In this document: piece by piece, positions 9,699 to 20,875 of the stretch
How positions within the stretch are numbered: position 1 is the first letter of the stretch
Layout of the letters: the number at the start of each line of letters is the position of its first letter
NCBI GenBank assembly: GCA_021156165.1
Contig: JAJNBM010000003.1
Location: 67,817-131,520, forward strand
DNA: 63,704 nt
Direction: 5' to 3'
Source: Gammaproteobacteria bacterium
GTDB taxonomy: Bacteria; Pseudomonadota; Gammaproteobacteria; UBA1113
Made by a program: the position numbers and the translations under genes
Notes under the pieces: generated by a model
The model's input: only the letters and a program-made list of their open reading frames with translations
Database searches by the model: none
Told to the model about the DNA's origin: nothing

Positions 9699-10529
9699 TT
9701 AAAATGGATCTGCTAACTCTTCTGCTGCGGACTCATCCATAACCTCATCCAGCACCAATCCTTTTTCTAATTCTTTAAACGGCCAGAGATCTTTATCCAT
9801 TAACTGACTAGGCCGGATATTCCCTAAAGCACTCAAAGCATTGCTAGGCACTTTAGGATTTTCAGTTGTTAAAGTTTTCATTAACGCCGCTATTTTTTTA
9901 CGCGTTAGTTTTTCTTGTGAACCACATAAGGTGCAAGGAATGATAGGGAAATTTTGTTCGCCCGCATAAGTAATAATATCTTTTTCTTGGCAATAGACCA
10001 TAGGGCGAATTAAGATGTGGCGTTTATCATCGGTTAACAGTTTAGGCGGCATAGAACGAATTTCGCCACTGTACAGTATAGACATTAACAAGGTATTCAC
10101 TAAATCGTCGCGGTGATGTCCTAAAGCAATTTTAGTAAATCCGTTTTCTTTGGCATAAGTGTAAATATTGCCACGGCGTAAGCGCGAGCACAAAGAACAA
10201 TACGTTTTGCCTTCTGGTATTTTTTCTTTGACTATAGAATAGGTATCGCGACGCAATACTTCATAGGAAATACGGCGCTGCTCCATCCATGCCCGCAAAC
10301 CGCTGTCATCCCAACCCGGTTGCGCTTGATCCAAGGTAAAAGAAAACAATTCAAAACGATTATTTGAATTGATGCGGAGTTGTTCCAACAGACACAATAA
10401 AGTAAAAGAATCTTTTCCGCCGGATAAACACACCATAACGCGATCACCTTTTTGGATCATGTTGTAATCGCTGATTGCCTTACCTGTATAATGTAATAAT
10501 TTTTTTTCAATTTTGCTATTTGTAAACAT
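9699..10529 (-). CDS. ttcA: tRNA 2-thiocytidine(32) synthetase TtcA
   Basis: PP-loop [16 protein letters not shown] cysteine motif, and a second CTLCGS cluster. Size (276 aa) is typical. Confidence 0.85.
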   Translation of the reverse strand: MFTNSKIEKKLLHYTGKAISDYNMIQKGDRVMVCLSGGKDSFTLLCLLEQLRINSNNRFELFSFTLDQAQPGWDDSGLRAWMEQRRISYEVLRRDTYSIVKEKIPEGKTYCSLCSRLRRGNIYTYAKENGFTKIALGHHRDDLVNTLLMSILYSGEIRSMPPKLLTDDKRHILIRPMVYCQEKDIITYAGEQNFPIIPCTLCGSQEKLTRKKIAALMKTLTTENPKVPSNALSALGNIRPSQLMDKDLWPFKELEKGLVLDEVMDESAAEELADPF

Positions 10530-12006
10530 TTTTTCTCTGAATATATTCTTTCAACCTTCCCACATCTATTTCCTCTGCACACAAACCTAAACGCGTACGC
10601 CGCCATAATAGATCATCCACGCTCTTAACCCATTCTTGTGCCAGTAGATAATCCACTTCCACTTGATAAAGGCCCGCGCCAAAATCTATGCCTAGATCTG
10701 CCAAAATATTTTTGCCTCGGAGCCAAAACAGGCACAGTGTACCATAGCAGCGCAAATAACGCGATAATACTGGCATCGGCATAAAAGAATAATCTTGCCT
10801 AAATTGCACTTCGTCTAATAAATCGCTTCCCGGTAAAGGAATGGTTTCATCCTTTATGGCAGGCCAACATGGCCTTATTTTTTGCAGTAAAATCAATGCA
10901 TCTAGCGCCAAACGTCTATGCGTGGTTAATTTACCCCCCAAAACAGTCAATACGCTATTACCCTTTACACTGGTTTGTAATTGCAATTGATAATCACGTG
11001 ATAATTGATGCGCATTGTGTATCTCATCATCCAATAATGGCCTAATGCCAGAAAAGGTAGTAGCAATATCCTGTCTTTCAAAGGGCGTTTGCATATAGGC
11101 ATTGGCGGCAGCTAACAAATATTCTATTTCTGCTGGCTCTATAGAATGATCGTCTAAAGGTCCGTGATACTCTAATTCGGTTGTTCCCAATAAACAATAC
11201 CCCGGTTCATAAGGCGTTAAAAAAATAACGCGGCCATCCGCACATTCAAATAAATATGCCTTGTTGTCGGGCAATTCTCTTTTTAGCACTAAATGGCTGC
11301 CCTTGACTAAACGCAATTTAGCGGTAGGCCATTCTGCTAAATAGTGCTTTTGAAATTGTTCAACCCAAGGGCCTGTGGCGTTGATTAAAATATTAGCCTT
11401 ATAGGTGCTGCATTGTTGACTAAACTTATCTTCTGTTACCACTTGCCAGCCGCTTCCTGCTTCCGTCAATTCTAGAATGGTATGATACGTTAAGATGGTT
11501 GCCTGATATTGTTTAGCCAATAAGGCCCACTCCACCACTAAACGGCTATCGTGCGTCCAGGCATCACTGTAAATGGCTCCACTTTTAATACTTTTCTTGA
11601 AGAAAGGTCGATATGGCGCAACATTTAAACGGATGCTCTTCGCTTTTTCCAACCCCTTGTGTGCACTTAAATGATCATAAATAAATAAACCTATGCGGAT
11701 CACCAAACGCCGTAAAGCACTTTCTTTATAATACGGAATAATAAATCGCACAGGTTTGATCAAATGCGGTGCCATTTTAATCAATAGACTACGTTCATGC
11801 AGTGCTTTTTTGACTAATGAGAAATAATATTGCTGCAGATAACGCAATCCGCCATGAATGAGTTGCGTGCTTTTGCTAGAGGTTCCCGAGGCTAGGTCGT
11901 TTTGTTCAATCAGAACCACTTTTAAGCCTAAACGCGCCGCTTGCCCGGCTATGGCCACACCATTAATGCCACCGCCTATGATAATGATATCTTTTTTTTC
12001 GACCAT
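10516..12006 (-). CDS. glpD: FAD-dependent glycerol-3-phosphate dehydrogenase
   Basis: N-terminal dinucleotide fold [24 protein letters not shown]; 496 aa. Its start overlaps the stop of the upstream phosphodiesterase gene (TAATG). Confidence 0.8.
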   Translation of the reverse strand: MVEKKDIIIIGGGINGVAIAGQAARLGLKVVLIEQNDLASGTSSKSTQLIHGGLRYLQQYYFSLVKKALHERSLLIKMAPHLIKPVRFIIPYYKESALRRLVIRIGLFIYDHLSAHKGLEKAKSIRLNVAPYRPFFKKSIKSGAIYSDAWTHDSRLVVEWALLAKQYQATILTYHTILELTEAGSGWQVVTEDKFSQQCSTYKANILINATGPWVEQFQKHYLAEWPTAKLRLVKGSHLVLKRELPDNKAYLFECADGRVIFLTPYEPGYCLLGTTELEYHGPLDDHSIEPAEIEYLLAAANAYMQTPFERQDIATTFSGIRPLLDDEIHNAHQLSRDYQLQLQTSVKGNSVLTVLGGKLTTHRRLALDALILLQKIRPCWPAIKDETIPLPGSDLLDEVQFRQDYSFMPMPVLSRYLRCYGTLCLFWLRGKNILADLGIDFGAGLYQVEVDYLLAQEWVKSVDDLLWRRTRLGLCAEEIDVGRLKEYIQRKNVYK

Positions 12007-12746
12007 TATGAAGCAACCCTAGATAATAATAACGGATCGTCGGAGAAAATACCGTCTACTCCACTTGAAAATAACTCTTCAGCACGTGCTACGCTATTAA
12101 CAGTATAAGCCAAAACACTGTACTTACTTTGTTTTAAAAGACTTAAACGTTTTTGTGTTAAAATCTTTTCATTGCAATGAATGCTAACCGCATTTAAGAA
12201 AACAGCCACCCTTTCCCACTCACTTAACCAACGCGACAACAAAAAACCTAAATCCACTTCAGGGGCATACTGCCTATACCACTTCAAAGCATCTAGTTCA
12301 AAGCTAGATATCAAAATAGGGATATGCTTTAAATAGGGCTCTATCACTTTATAGCTGTATTCGGCCGTTTCCTTGGCATATTCTGGCAATGCAGGCTTAA
12401 TTTCTATGTTGACCCCCCGACCGTACCGTACAGCGAGTTCTAATAATTCTTCTAATTTGGGCACAGAAGTATGAGCATAATCTTTAGAAAAATAACGCCC
12501 TACATTATAGTTTCGCAAATCAGCGTAATTTAATTTATCTATGTCCGCATGTAGGCGCGCGGTACGCCATAGATCTCTATCGTGCAAAATCACTGGCACG
12601 TGATCCGCGGTTAATACTACATCGCATTCCACCCAAGCCGCACCCATTTCATACGCCAAGGCAAATGCAGGCAAAGTATTTTCAGGAGCCAATAAATTAG
12701 CGCCTCTATGTGCAATTAATTTAGGTTTAGTTTGAAAGATAGTCAT
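12006..12746 (-). CDS. ugpQ: Glycerophosphodiester phosphodiesterase (GDPD family)
   Basis: AHRGANLLAPENTLPAF and ECDV motifs typical of the GDPD fold; sits next to glpD. Confidence 0.8.
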   Translation of the reverse strand: MTIFQTKPKLIAHRGANLLAPENTLPAFALAYEMGAAWVECDVVLTADHVPVILHDRDLWRTARLHADIDKLNYADLRNYNVGRYFSKDYAHTSVPKLEELLELAVRYGRGVNIEIKPALPEYAKETAEYSYKVIEPYLKHIPILISSFELDALKWYRQYAPEVDLGFLLSRWLSEWERVAVFLNAVSIHCNEKILTQKRLSLLKQSKYSVLAYTVNSVARAEELFSSGVDGIFSDDPLLLSRVAS

Positions 12747-13230
12747 ATAATTGTCTTAAAGCAAATTCTACACAGGCCCCGCGTACCGCTTGTCTCTCGC
12801 CCGGAAAATGCTTGTTGTACACTTTAACGCCTTTCTCGCCACCAGCAATCGCAAAATACACTGTACCTACGGGCTTATCTACACTACCCCCGCTGGGTCC
12901 GGCAATGCCACTAACGGCCACACTAATATGTGCACAACTCTGCTTTAAAGCCCCTACAGCCATTTCCGCGACTACACTACCACTCACTGCACCGTGTACA
13001 ATTAAAGTATCCGCTTGCACGCCCAACATCTCTATTTTTGCCTCATTGCTGTAAGTCACAAAACCGCGCTCAAACCATTGCGAACTGTTGGCTACCGCCG
13101 TTATTATTTGCGCAATATAACCGCCAGTACAAGATTCTGCCGTAGCCAACATCAGACTGCGATGCTGCAACAACGCCCCTAGTTTTTGTGATAAATCATA
13201 TAATACTTGCTGATTCATGGCTCTATACAC
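12727..13230 (-). CDS. pncC: CinA-family nicotinamide-nucleotide amidohydrolase (PncC-type, C-terminal domain only)
   Basis: ATAESCTGGYIAQ motif, SGIAGPSGG, 167 aa. Confidence 0.8.
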   Translation of the reverse strand: MYRAMNQQVLYDLSQKLGALLQHRSLMLATAESCTGGYIAQIITAVANSSQWFERGFVTYSNEAKIEMLGVQADTLIVHGAVSGSVVAEMAVGALKQSCAHISVAVSGIAGPSGGSVDKPVGTVYFAIAGGEKGVKVYNKHFPGERQAVRGACVEFALRQLYDYLSN

Positions 13231-14455
13231 TTTCTGTTAAATTATACGCGCCACGAAAGCAGTGTAGATTCTGGCTGCGCCATAACATGTATAAGCCCGG
13301 TATACAAATAATCGTACTTACCCAATAAAAATCAGCCCATCCTAGATGCTGCACCAATACGCCCGAGGTCGAACCCACTAAGACTCGGCCTACAGTCGCA
13401 ATAGCCGACAAACTGGCATATTGCATTGCCGTAAATTTGGGGTTACACAGGCTCATTAAAAAAGCAACAAAAGCAGCGCTAGACATACCGCCACAGAAGT
13501 TTTCCGCAAAAATACAAAAACCGGCTAAGATCATATTTTTGCCGACTATCGCCATCACCACAAACAAAATATTGCTTAAAGCCGCTAAAATTCCAAAAGT
13601 TAACAATGAATAAAATAACCCTAAACGCATCATCCACAAACCGCCAACGATGCCGCCTATGATAATAGCGCTTAAACCAACCACTTTGTTCAACAAAGCC
13701 ACTTCGCTTAAAGTAAAATGCAAGCCGCGCAACAAAAAAGGTGTTGTCAGGGATAACGCATAAGCCTCACCTAGTTTATAAAATACAATCACAGCAATAA
13801 GCCACAAGGCATTAGACCTTTTTAAAAAGTCTTGTATAGGCCCAACGAAAGCGTCGCGCAAAGTCGTAGGCTGTTTTAACATCTTAGGTTCGGGCGTGAA
13901 AAAAGTAAGCATGGAACAAGCAAACAGGATTAAGGCCATGATTTTATAAGTATAACCCCAACCTATGCGATCCGCTAATAACAAAGCCATTGCACCGGCA
14001 ATGAGTAAAGCGAAACGGTATCCTGTCACATTCAGTGCCGCACCTAAGCCGCGGTCTTTAGGGGATAAAATTTCTGTACGATAAGCATCTACAGCAATAT
14101 CTTGGGTAGATGAAAAGAACGCTAATATCGCGCCTAAACCCATCAATAAACCTGGGTTTTGTGCGGGATGCAAATAAGACATAGTCCATAATACGACAAT
14201 TAAGGCCAATTGCATGGTGACAATCCAACTTTTACGCCGCCCTAAGGAATATAAAGTTAAACGATCTAATAAAGGGGCCCATAACCATTTCAGTACATAA
14301 GGTAAACCAATGATATTAATAAAGCCCAGTAGAATAATGCCTAAATTTTCTTCGGTAAACCAAGCTTGCAAGGTGCTACTGCACAAGGCTATAGGTAAAC
14401 CAGAAGATATCCCTAATAGAACGACGCTATAATAGTGAGTGCGGGCAGTAGACAT
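13223..14455 (-). CDS. ampG: AmpG-family muropeptide MFS permease
   Basis: LGISSGLPIALCSSTLQAWFTE and multi-TM MFS pattern. The track ORF starts at 14488 inside a repeat. ATG at 14455 has AGGAGA 5 nt upstream (MSTARTHYYS...). Confidence 0.8.
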   Translation of the reverse strand: MSTARTHYYSVVLLGISSGLPIALCSSTLQAWFTEENLGIILLGFINIIGLPYVLKWLWAPLLDRLTLYSLGRRKSWIVTMQLALIVVLWTMSYLHPAQNPGLLMGLGAILAFFSSTQDIAVDAYRTEILSPKDRGLGAALNVTGYRFALLIAGAMALLLADRIGWGYTYKIMALILFACSMLTFFTPEPKMLKQPTTLRDAFVGPIQDFLKRSNALWLIAVIVFYKLGEAYALSLTTPFLLRGLHFTLSEVALLNKVVGLSAIIIGGIVGGLWMMRLGLFYSLLTFGILAALSNILFVVMAIVGKNMILAGFCIFAENFCGGMSSAAFVAFLMSLCNPKFTAMQYASLSAIATVGRVLVGSTSGVLVQHLGWADFYWVSTIICIPGLYMLWRSQNLHCFRGAYNLTESV

Positions 14456-14468
14456 AATTTCTCCTAAC

Positions 14469-14648
14469 CCGTCATTGCGAGCCCACAAGCGCCAGCGAGT
14501 GGGCGTGGCAATCCAGGGTAAAAATCCTATTTCTATGAGGTTTCTAGCTTTTTATTCACCCTCAGCGTAAACAGCAACTCACTTCATCACTTAAGATTTT
14601 CCTGGATTGCCGCGCCTGTTCGCTGCGCTCACGGGCTCGCAATGACGG
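14469..14648. repeat. MITE-like element, family 1 (GTCATTGCGAGC termini), long-TIR variant
   Basis: Left end CCCGTCATTGCGAGCCCACAAGCGCC...GGCAATCCAGGG. Right end CCTGGATTGCCGCGCC...GGGCTCGCAATGACGG. These are imperfect ~48-bp inverted termini; related copies lie at 52403 and 53461. Confidence 0.8.
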
Positions 14649-14703
14649 TACAGTGCGACTCAATACATTAGAGGCGAGTCATACCCGCCTCTTACAAAAA
14701 AAC

Positions 14704-15660
14704 CTAAGCCTTCTTAACCGTTGCCGCCTTCTGGCTCATTGCAGTATTTGCTGGCTTAACATCAATTAAATGAATTTTAAAAATTAATGTTTGGTTAGGG
14801 CCTATAGGGCCGCCCACACCTTGTGCACCATAAGCCAACTGAGATGGCACGTAAATTTCCCAAACATCCCCTACCTTCATGTGGGTTAAGGCTTCCTGCC
14901 AGCCCGGAATCACCTCGGCTACTTTGAAGGAAACCGGTTGCCCTTGCTTATAGGAACTGTCAAACACCGTGCCATCGATCAAACGTCCTTCATAATCCAC
15001 TGTAACGGTGTCATTGCTTGTAGGCATAGCACCCGTACCTGTGGTTAAACTACGATATTGCAAGCCATCCGGCATTGTTTGCACACCCTGCTTGGTTTTA
15101 TTAGCGGCTAAGAATGCAGCCCCCTCTTTAGCATTTTTATCGGCTGCCGCTTTTTGTTGAGCTTCTGCTTGTTGGCGATTTTGAGCTTGTTTGGCATATA
15201 AGACCTTCTTGAAGTCATCTATGGATTGCTTCATTTGCGCGTCGGTTAATAAAAATGGTCCACCTGCCAAGCCATCGGTAATACCGCGGGCAAAGAGTTG
15301 GGGATTCATGGTTAAACTCTGTTCTTTGAGGTTACGGCCCATATCAGCTCCTAAAGTATAGCTGATTTTGTCGTTATCGCTCATTGTAGTCCCTGGAGTA
15401 GCGGATTGTGCCTTTTTTGCAGCTGGCATTGTTGTTGTAGAGACAGTTGCTGCAGGTTGTGGGTTAGCAGCAGGCGCCGTGGGTGCGGTTATAGTTACAG
15501 ACTGCATACCAGCAGGTACTGTTGCCGTGGTTACAGGCATAGATTGTACGTTATTCGTAGCTGGATTGGTTTCATTTTGCGCAGAAGATGACGCCGGTGC
15601 AGCATAAGCCATCCCGCTCACCATGCCGACTAGAACTAGTGCAAGTTGCGTTCGTTTCAT
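14704..15660 (-). CDS. mip: Mip-like FKBP-type peptidyl-prolyl cis-trans isomerase with signal peptide and a Pro/Thr/Ala-rich N-terminal spacer
   Basis: Signal peptide MKRTQLALVLVGMVSGMAYA. Mip-type dimerisation helix (SYTLGADMG..FARGI..). C-terminal FKBP domain (VTVDYEGRLIDGTVFDSS..VIPGWQEAL..LIFKIHLIDV). Confidence 0.88.
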   Translation of the reverse strand: MKRTQLALVLVGMVSGMAYAAPASSSAQNETNPATNNVQSMPVTTATVPAGMQSVTITAPTAPAANPQPAATVSTTTMPAAKKAQSATPGTTMSDNDKISYTLGADMGRNLKEQSLTMNPQLFARGITDGLAGGPFLLTDAQMKQSIDDFKKVLYAKQAQNRQQAEAQQKAAADKNAKEGAAFLAANKTKQGVQTMPDGLQYRSLTTGTGAMPTSNDTVTVDYEGRLIDGTVFDSSYKQGQPVSFKVAEVIPGWQEALTHMKVGDVWEIYVPSQLAYGAQGVGGPIGPNQTLIFKIHLIDVKPANTAMSQKAATVKKA

Positions 15661-15807
15661 TATTCATTCCCCATTTGAGTTAAGTTTAACTGCCTCATCT
15701 TGATACAGTGTATAGGACAGACAATTGTACATCTGACACGCCCATTCTGCACTATTTTAAACAGATTGTGAATCCCCTTTTGTCATTATTTTGATGTATA
15801 CTTTACC

Positions 15808-15969
15808 AGGACCTGTAGCCATTTTGTTTCTCAAAGCGAAAAATGAATAAAGCCAGGCAAAATGTTAGCAAATTTGAGTAGAATATTGGGCAATATTTGA
15901 GGAAAATTAGCTAATATCTGGACTGCTTTATTCATTTTGCAACCGATAAACCAAATGGCTACAGGCCCT
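15808..15969. repeat. MITE-like element, family 3 (TIR GGNCCTGTAGCCATTTKGTTT)
   Basis: AGGACCTGTAGCCATTTTGTTT at the left end and AAACCAAATGGCTACAGGCCCT at the right end are inverted copies. A short relative lies at 23841-23903. Confidence 0.7.
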
Positions 15970-16009
15970 AAACCATAATTATCCAAAATCTAAAGGAGAT
16001 TTTTAGGCG

Positions 16010-17170
16010 ATGCTCACTGGGTTAATACCACCGTTAACAGACGAATTGCGCATGATATTGGACACTGTCACGCAATTTGCCCAAAATGAAATTGCTCCCA
16101 AAGCAGAAGAAATCGACCATAGCGGACACATTCCCCAGGAACTGTGGCGGAAAATGGGCGATTTGGGCTTATTGGGGTTAACGGCAGAAAGTGAATATGG
16201 TGGCAGTGCCATGGGTTATACCGCGCATGTGATCGTTATGGAAGCCTTGAGCCGCGCCAGTGCCTCCGTGGGGTTAAGCTATGGCGCCCATTCAAATCTG
16301 TGTGTCAATCAGCTCACCTTAAACGGCAGCCACGAACAAAAAAAACGCTATCTGCCTAAACTTATCAGCGGCGAGCATATTGGCGCTTTAGCCATGAGTG
16401 AAACCGGTGCTGGCTCTGATGTCATGGCCATGCAATTGCGTGCGGATAAAAAAGGCGATCATTATATTTTGAACGGCCATAAAATGTGGATCACCAATGG
16501 CCCACATGCCCATACCTTTATCGTGTATGCCAGAACCAATCCCACAGCGGGCAAAAAAGGTATCACCGCCTTTATTGTAGAAAAAGATTTTAAGGGCTTT
16601 AGCATCGCGCAAAAACTGGATAAATTAGGCATGCGCGGCTCATCTACGTGTGAACTGGTTTTTAACGATTGTGTAGTGCCTGCAGAAAACATCTTAGGCG
16701 AACTCAATCAAGGCACTACGGTGTTAATGCGTGGTTTAGATTATGAACGTGTTATCCTCGCCGCCGGCCCGGTAGGTATTATGCAAGCTTGTATGGATGT
16801 AGTATTGCCCTATGTGCAGCAACGCAAACAATTTAATAAAGCGATTGGTGAGTTTCAATTGATGCAAGCCAAAATTGCCGATATGTATAGCACCTTGAGC
16901 GCTTGCCGCATTTATTTATATGCCACCGCCGAAGCGTGCGATCGCAAAAAGGTGAATCGCAAAGATGCCGCCAGTGTCATTTTATACACTTCAGAACGCG
17001 CCACTCAAATGGCTTTACAAACTATTCAATGCTTAGGTGGCAATGGGTATATCAATGAATATCCTTGTGGGCGTTTATTGCGCGATGCCAAATTATATGA
17101 AATCGGCGCAGGCACATCGGAAATTCGTCGTATATTAATAGGTCGGGAATTATTTAAAGAACAGGAGTAA
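16010..17170 (+). CDS. ivd: Isovaleryl-CoA dehydrogenase
   Basis: Acyl-CoA dehydrogenase family ([24 protein letters not shown]); first gene of a leucine-catabolism cluster. Confidence 0.85.
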   Translation: MLTGLIPPLTDELRMILDTVTQFAQNEIAPKAEEIDHSGHIPQELWRKMGDLGLLGLTAESEYGGSAMGYTAHVIVMEALSRASASVGLSYGAHSNLCVNQLTLNGSHEQKKRYLPKLISGEHIGALAMSETGAGSDVMAMQLRADKKGDHYILNGHKMWITNGPHAHTFIVYARTNPTAGKKGITAFIVEKDFKGFSIAQKLDKLGMRGSSTCELVFNDCVVPAENILGELNQGTTVLMRGLDYERVILAAGPVGIMQACMDVVLPYVQQRKQFNKAIGEFQLMQAKIADMYSTLSACRIYLYATAEACDRKKVNRKDAASVILYTSERATQMALQTIQCLGGNGYINEYPCGRLLRDAKLYEIGAGTSEIRRILIGRELFKEQE

Positions 17171-17175
17171 ACTGA

Positions 17176-18360
17176 ATGCAAGAGCCCATTGTTATTGTTA
17201 GCGCTATGCGCACCCCTATGGGAAATTTTCAAGGCGAGTTATCATCCTTAACGGCTTCCGATTTAGGTGCTGCAGCTATTCGCGCGGCCCTGAAAAATAT
17301 TGCTTTAGAAAAAGAGGCCGTAGATGAAGTGATTATGGGGTGTGTGCTTCCTGCAGGCCAAGGCCAAGCTCCAGCACGACAAGCCACATTAAAAGCAGGA
17401 TTAGCACAAAGCACACCTGCAACCACAATCAATAAAATGTGTGGCTCCGGCATGAAAGCCATCATGCAAATTCACGATGCTCTAGTCGCTAACAGCATCC
17501 ATATTGGCATCGCTGGCGGTATGGAATCTATGTCATTAGCACCTTACCTATTGCCTAAGGCTCGTCAAGGATATCGTATGGGACATCAAAAAGTGATCGA
17601 TCACATGCTCTACGATGGTCTAGAAGATGCCTATTCCGTAGGAAAATTAATGGGGGTTTTTGCAGAAAACACTGCCAAAGAATATGGTTTTGATCGCCAA
17701 ACCCAAGATGGTTTTGCCATTGGATCTATACAGCGCGCACAAAGAGCAATTGAAAAAGGGTATTTTAAAGATGAAATCACGGCAGTAACCTATACAGGCA
17801 AAAATGGTGACATAACCATTGCAGAAGACGAAGGTCCCAGCAAAGCGAATATCGCGAAAATTCCTACTTTAAAACCCGCTTTTGCTGCGGATGGCACCGT
17901 GACTGCCGCCAATTCTAGTTCCATTTCCGATGGCGCAGCAGCGCTTATTTTAATGCGCCAATCCACTGCCGATGCCTTGCATTTAAAACCCTTGGCACGC
18001 ATCGTTGCACACGCAACGCATGCCCACCAACCCGAATGGTTTAGTACTGCGCCTGTAGAAGCCATCCATAAAGTGTTAAAGAAAGCACAATGGTCGGTAG
18101 CGGATGTGGATTTATTTGAAATTAACGAGGCTTTTGCCGTAGTCACTCTGGTAGCAATGAAACTATTACAATTACCACCCGATAAGGTCAATATTCATGG
18201 CGGCGCCTGTATTTTAGGCCATCCTATAGGCGCTTCCGGCGCACGTATCATGACCACCTTAATTCATGCCTTAAAGACTCATCAAAAAAAGCGCGGTGTA
18301 GCCAGCCTTTGTATAGGCGGGGGTGAGGCCACTGCCATAGCCGTGGAATTATGCCAATGA
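17176..18360 (+). CDS. Acetyl-CoA C-acetyltransferase (thiolase II)
   Basis: Active-site Cys context [39 protein letters not shown]. Confidence 0.88.
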   Translation: MQEPIVIVSAMRTPMGNFQGELSSLTASDLGAAAIRAALKNIALEKEAVDEVIMGCVLPAGQGQAPARQATLKAGLAQSTPATTINKMCGSGMKAIMQIHDALVANSIHIGIAGGMESMSLAPYLLPKARQGYRMGHQKVIDHMLYDGLEDAYSVGKLMGVFAENTAKEYGFDRQTQDGFAIGSIQRAQRAIEKGYFKDEITAVTYTGKNGDITIAEDEGPSKANIAKIPTLKPAFAADGTVTAANSSSISDGAAALILMRQSTADALHLKPLARIVAHATHAHQPEWFSTAPVEAIHKVLKKAQWSVADVDLFEINEAFAVVTLVAMKLLQLPPDKVNIHGGACILGHPIGASGARIMTTLIHALKTHQKKRGVASLCIGGGEATAIAVELCQ

Positions 18361-19964
18361 TAATTACTTCAAAACTAAATCCACGCAGCGCTGATTTCAA
18401 ACAAAATAGCCTGGCTATGCAAGCCTTAGTAGACGACTTACAAGATAAAATTCAAACGATTGCCTTGGGTGGTGGCGCGGCTGCCTTAGAAAAAATGCGT
18501 ACGAAGGGCAAATTGCCCGTGCGGGAACGCATCGATGCTTTGCTGGACCCCGGAAGTCCTTTTTTAGAATTATCCGCTTTGGCTGCATATGGCGTCTATG
18601 ATGAAATTGATGTGCCTGCAGCGGGCATCGTCACGGGCATTGGCTTGGTATCAGGTCATGAATGTATGATCATCGCCAACGATCCCTCTGTGAAAGGCGG
18701 TACTTATTTCCCGCTCACGGTTAAAAAACATTTACGCGCCCAAGAAATCGCTGAACAAAACCATTTGCCGTGTATTTATTTAGTCGATTCTGGCGGCGCT
18801 TTTTTACCGCTGCAGGAGGAAGTGTTTCCAGACAAATTACACTTCGGCCGCATCTTTTATAATCAAGCGCGTATGTCCGCACTGGGCATCCCGCAAATTG
18901 CAGTGGTGATGGGTTCTTGCACTGCAGGCGGTGCTTACGTTCCCGCAATGGCAGATGAATCGATCATGGTAAAAAATCAAGCCACTATTTTTCTCGCCGG
19001 ACCACCCTTGGTAAAAGCGGCTACGGGCGAAATCGTCACGGCAGAAGAATTGGGAGGTGCGGATGTACATTGCAAAATTTCTGGCGTTGCAGATCATTAT
19101 GCCAATGACGATCCCCATGCGCTACAAATTGCCCGCTCCATTGTGCAACATTATCCTAAGATAAAAAAATTACCTTTTACAGTACAAGCCCCTAAAGCGC
19201 CGCGTTATGCCAGTGAAGAATTGTATGGCCTCATTCCCAGCGATAAGAAAAAGCCTTTTGATGTGCGTGAAGTGATCGCGCGTATCGTAGATGATTCTGC
19301 TTTAGATGAATTTAAACAATTGTATGGCGCTACCCTCATCTGCGGTTTTGCTCATTTAAATGGTTATCCTGTAGGCATTGTAGCCAACAATGGCATACTT
19401 TTTGGGGAATCAGCCGACAAAGGCACGCAATTCATTCAAATTTGTTGCCAACGTAAAATTCCGTTGATTTTTTTACAAAACATCAATGGCTTTATGGTTG
19501 GTAAAAAATACGAAACCCAAGGCATTGCCAAGGCGGGTGCTAAAATGGTCACTGCAGTGAGTTGTGCCGCTGTACCCAAATTCACTGTTATTATCGGTGG
19601 TAGTTTTGGTGCGGGTAATTATGGCATGTGTGGTCGCGCTTTTAATCCGCGTTTTTTATGGATGTGGCCTAATGCACGCATTTCCGTCATGGGTGGCGAA
19701 CAAGCGGCGAATGTGCTGGCGCAAGTGAAGAGGGATCAACTAGAAGCTAAAGGGATGTCGTTGTCAGATGAAGAAGAAAGCGCTTTGAAGAAGCCGATTG
19801 TTGAACAATATGAAACGACTGGGCATCCTTATTATGCTTCGGCCCGTTTATGGGATGATGGCGTGATTGACCCAAAAGACACGCGCCGCGTATTGGCATT
19901 GGCTTTGTCAGCCGCGCTCAATGCCCCTCTAGAGGACACTCATTTTGGTGTGTTTAGGATGTAA
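18351..19964 (+). CDS. mccB: Methylcrotonyl-CoA carboxylase, carboxyltransferase (beta) subunit
   Basis: 537 aa, carboxyl-transferase family ([25 protein letters not shown]). Start overlaps the thiolase stop. Confidence 0.88.
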   Translation: MPMIITSKLNPRSADFKQNSLAMQALVDDLQDKIQTIALGGGAAALEKMRTKGKLPVRERIDALLDPGSPFLELSALAAYGVYDEIDVPAAGIVTGIGLVSGHECMIIANDPSVKGGTYFPLTVKKHLRAQEIAEQNHLPCIYLVDSGGAFLPLQEEVFPDKLHFGRIFYNQARMSALGIPQIAVVMGSCTAGGAYVPAMADESIMVKNQATIFLAGPPLVKAATGEIVTAEELGGADVHCKISGVADHYANDDPHALQIARSIVQHYPKIKKLPFTVQAPKAPRYASEELYGLIPSDKKKPFDVREVIARIVDDSALDEFKQLYGATLICGFAHLNGYPVGIVANNGILFGESADKGTQFIQICCQRKIPLIFLQNINGFMVGKKYETQGIAKAGAKMVTAVSCAAVPKFTVIIGGSFGAGNYGMCGRAFNPRFLWMWPNARISVMGGEQAANVLAQVKRDQLEAKGMSLSDEEESALKKPIVEQYETTGHPYYASARLWDDGVIDPKDTRRVLALALSAALNAPLEDTHFGVFRM

Positions 19965-19965
19965 T

Positions 19966-20748
19966 ATGATGAATACCATTTTGTTAGATATAAAAAACAA
20001 CATCGCCAGCGTCACTTTGAACCGTCCCGACGTGCGCCATGCCTTTAATGACGTGATGATCACTGAATTATTAACTGCTTTAAACACTATTGAGGCAGAT
20101 GACAATATACGTATGTTGATATTGCGTTCACAAGGGCCTGTTTTTTGCGCAGGAGCAGATCTGACCTGGATGCAAAAAATGCTGAAGTATAGCTTAGCAG
20201 AAAATGAAGTCGATGCCACACAATTAGCGCAATTGATGTATAGTTTATACACTTTGAATAAGCCTACGATAGCGCTAGTGCAAGGCCATGCTTATGGCGG
20301 CGGGGTAGGTTTAATTGCCTGCTGCGATATTGCCATCGCCAGCAGTAAGGCGCAGTTTTGTTTTTCCGAAGTTAAATTGGGTTTAAGTCCATCAGTGATA
20401 AGCCCCTATGTGATCCGTGCTATAGGCCTAAGGCAAACTCAACGTTATTTTTTAACCGCCGAAAGCTTCGATGCTAAAACAGCACTACAGTTAGGCTTAA
20501 TCCATACCCTCGCCGCCTATGAAGAGGCGCTCAGTACACAAGCACAGAGTCTTATCGAACAACTACTTAAAAATGGTCCTAAGGCTTTGGGCAACACTAA
20601 AAAATTACTGCAATACAATGTGCCGTTGTCTACAGAATTAGTCAACTACACCATAACGGATATTGCCAGGCTGCGTATTTCTGCGGAGGGTCAAGCAGGT
20701 ATTAAAGCTTTTCTAGAGCGAACTCCCCCGGATTGGTTAAGGTCTTAA
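19966..20748 (+). CDS. liuC: Methylglutaconyl-CoA hydratase (enoyl-CoA hydratase family)
   Basis: Crotonase motifs FCAGADL and GHAYGGGVGL. The track ORF (19945) overlaps the mccB end. ATG at 19966 lies 1 nt after the mccB stop. Confidence 0.8.
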   Translation: MMNTILLDIKNNIASVTLNRPDVRHAFNDVMITELLTALNTIEADDNIRMLILRSQGPVFCAGADLTWMQKMLKYSLAENEVDATQLAQLMYSLYTLNKPTIALVQGHAYGGGVGLIACCDIAIASSKAQFCFSEVKLGLSPSVISPYVIRAIGLRQTQRYFLTAESFDAKTALQLGLIHTLAAYEEALSTQAQSLIEQLLKNGPKALGNTKKLLQYNVPLSTELVNYTITDIARLRISAEGQAGIKAFLERTPPDWLRS

Positions 20749-20792
20749 GGAATACTATGTATACTGATTGCAGCTCAAGATATAAATCAATA

Positions 20793-20851
20793 CGTAGGGG
20801 CAACCCCCTGTGGTTGCCCTTATTGGGCAGGCACGGGGGCCTGCCCCTACG
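20793..20851. repeat. GC-rich double-hairpin REP element
   Basis: CGTAGGGGCAACC-CCCTGT-GGTTGCCC-ttatt-GGGCAGGC-ACGGGG-GCCTGCCCCTACG. Two adjacent perfect hairpins bracketed by CGTAGG/CCTACG. Confidence 0.9.
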
Positions 20852-20875
20852 ATTATAAAGGGAAAATAGCCAGTG

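Noticed and set aside
14660-14703. Hairpin AGAGGCG-N9-CGCCTCT downstream of mip as a rho-independent terminator
   Set aside because: On the mip (minus) strand the T-run precedes the hairpin instead of following it. It does not fit the canonical terminator layout, though it could still be a stabilising 3' hairpin.
12812-19118. Short antisense ORFs within pncC, mip, ivd, thiolase and mccB (for example 12812-13054, 15368-15607, 16388-16707, 17790-18191, 18721-19118)
   Set aside because: All are fully nested opposite to genes with strong family motifs. They have no independent translation signals or recognisable domains.
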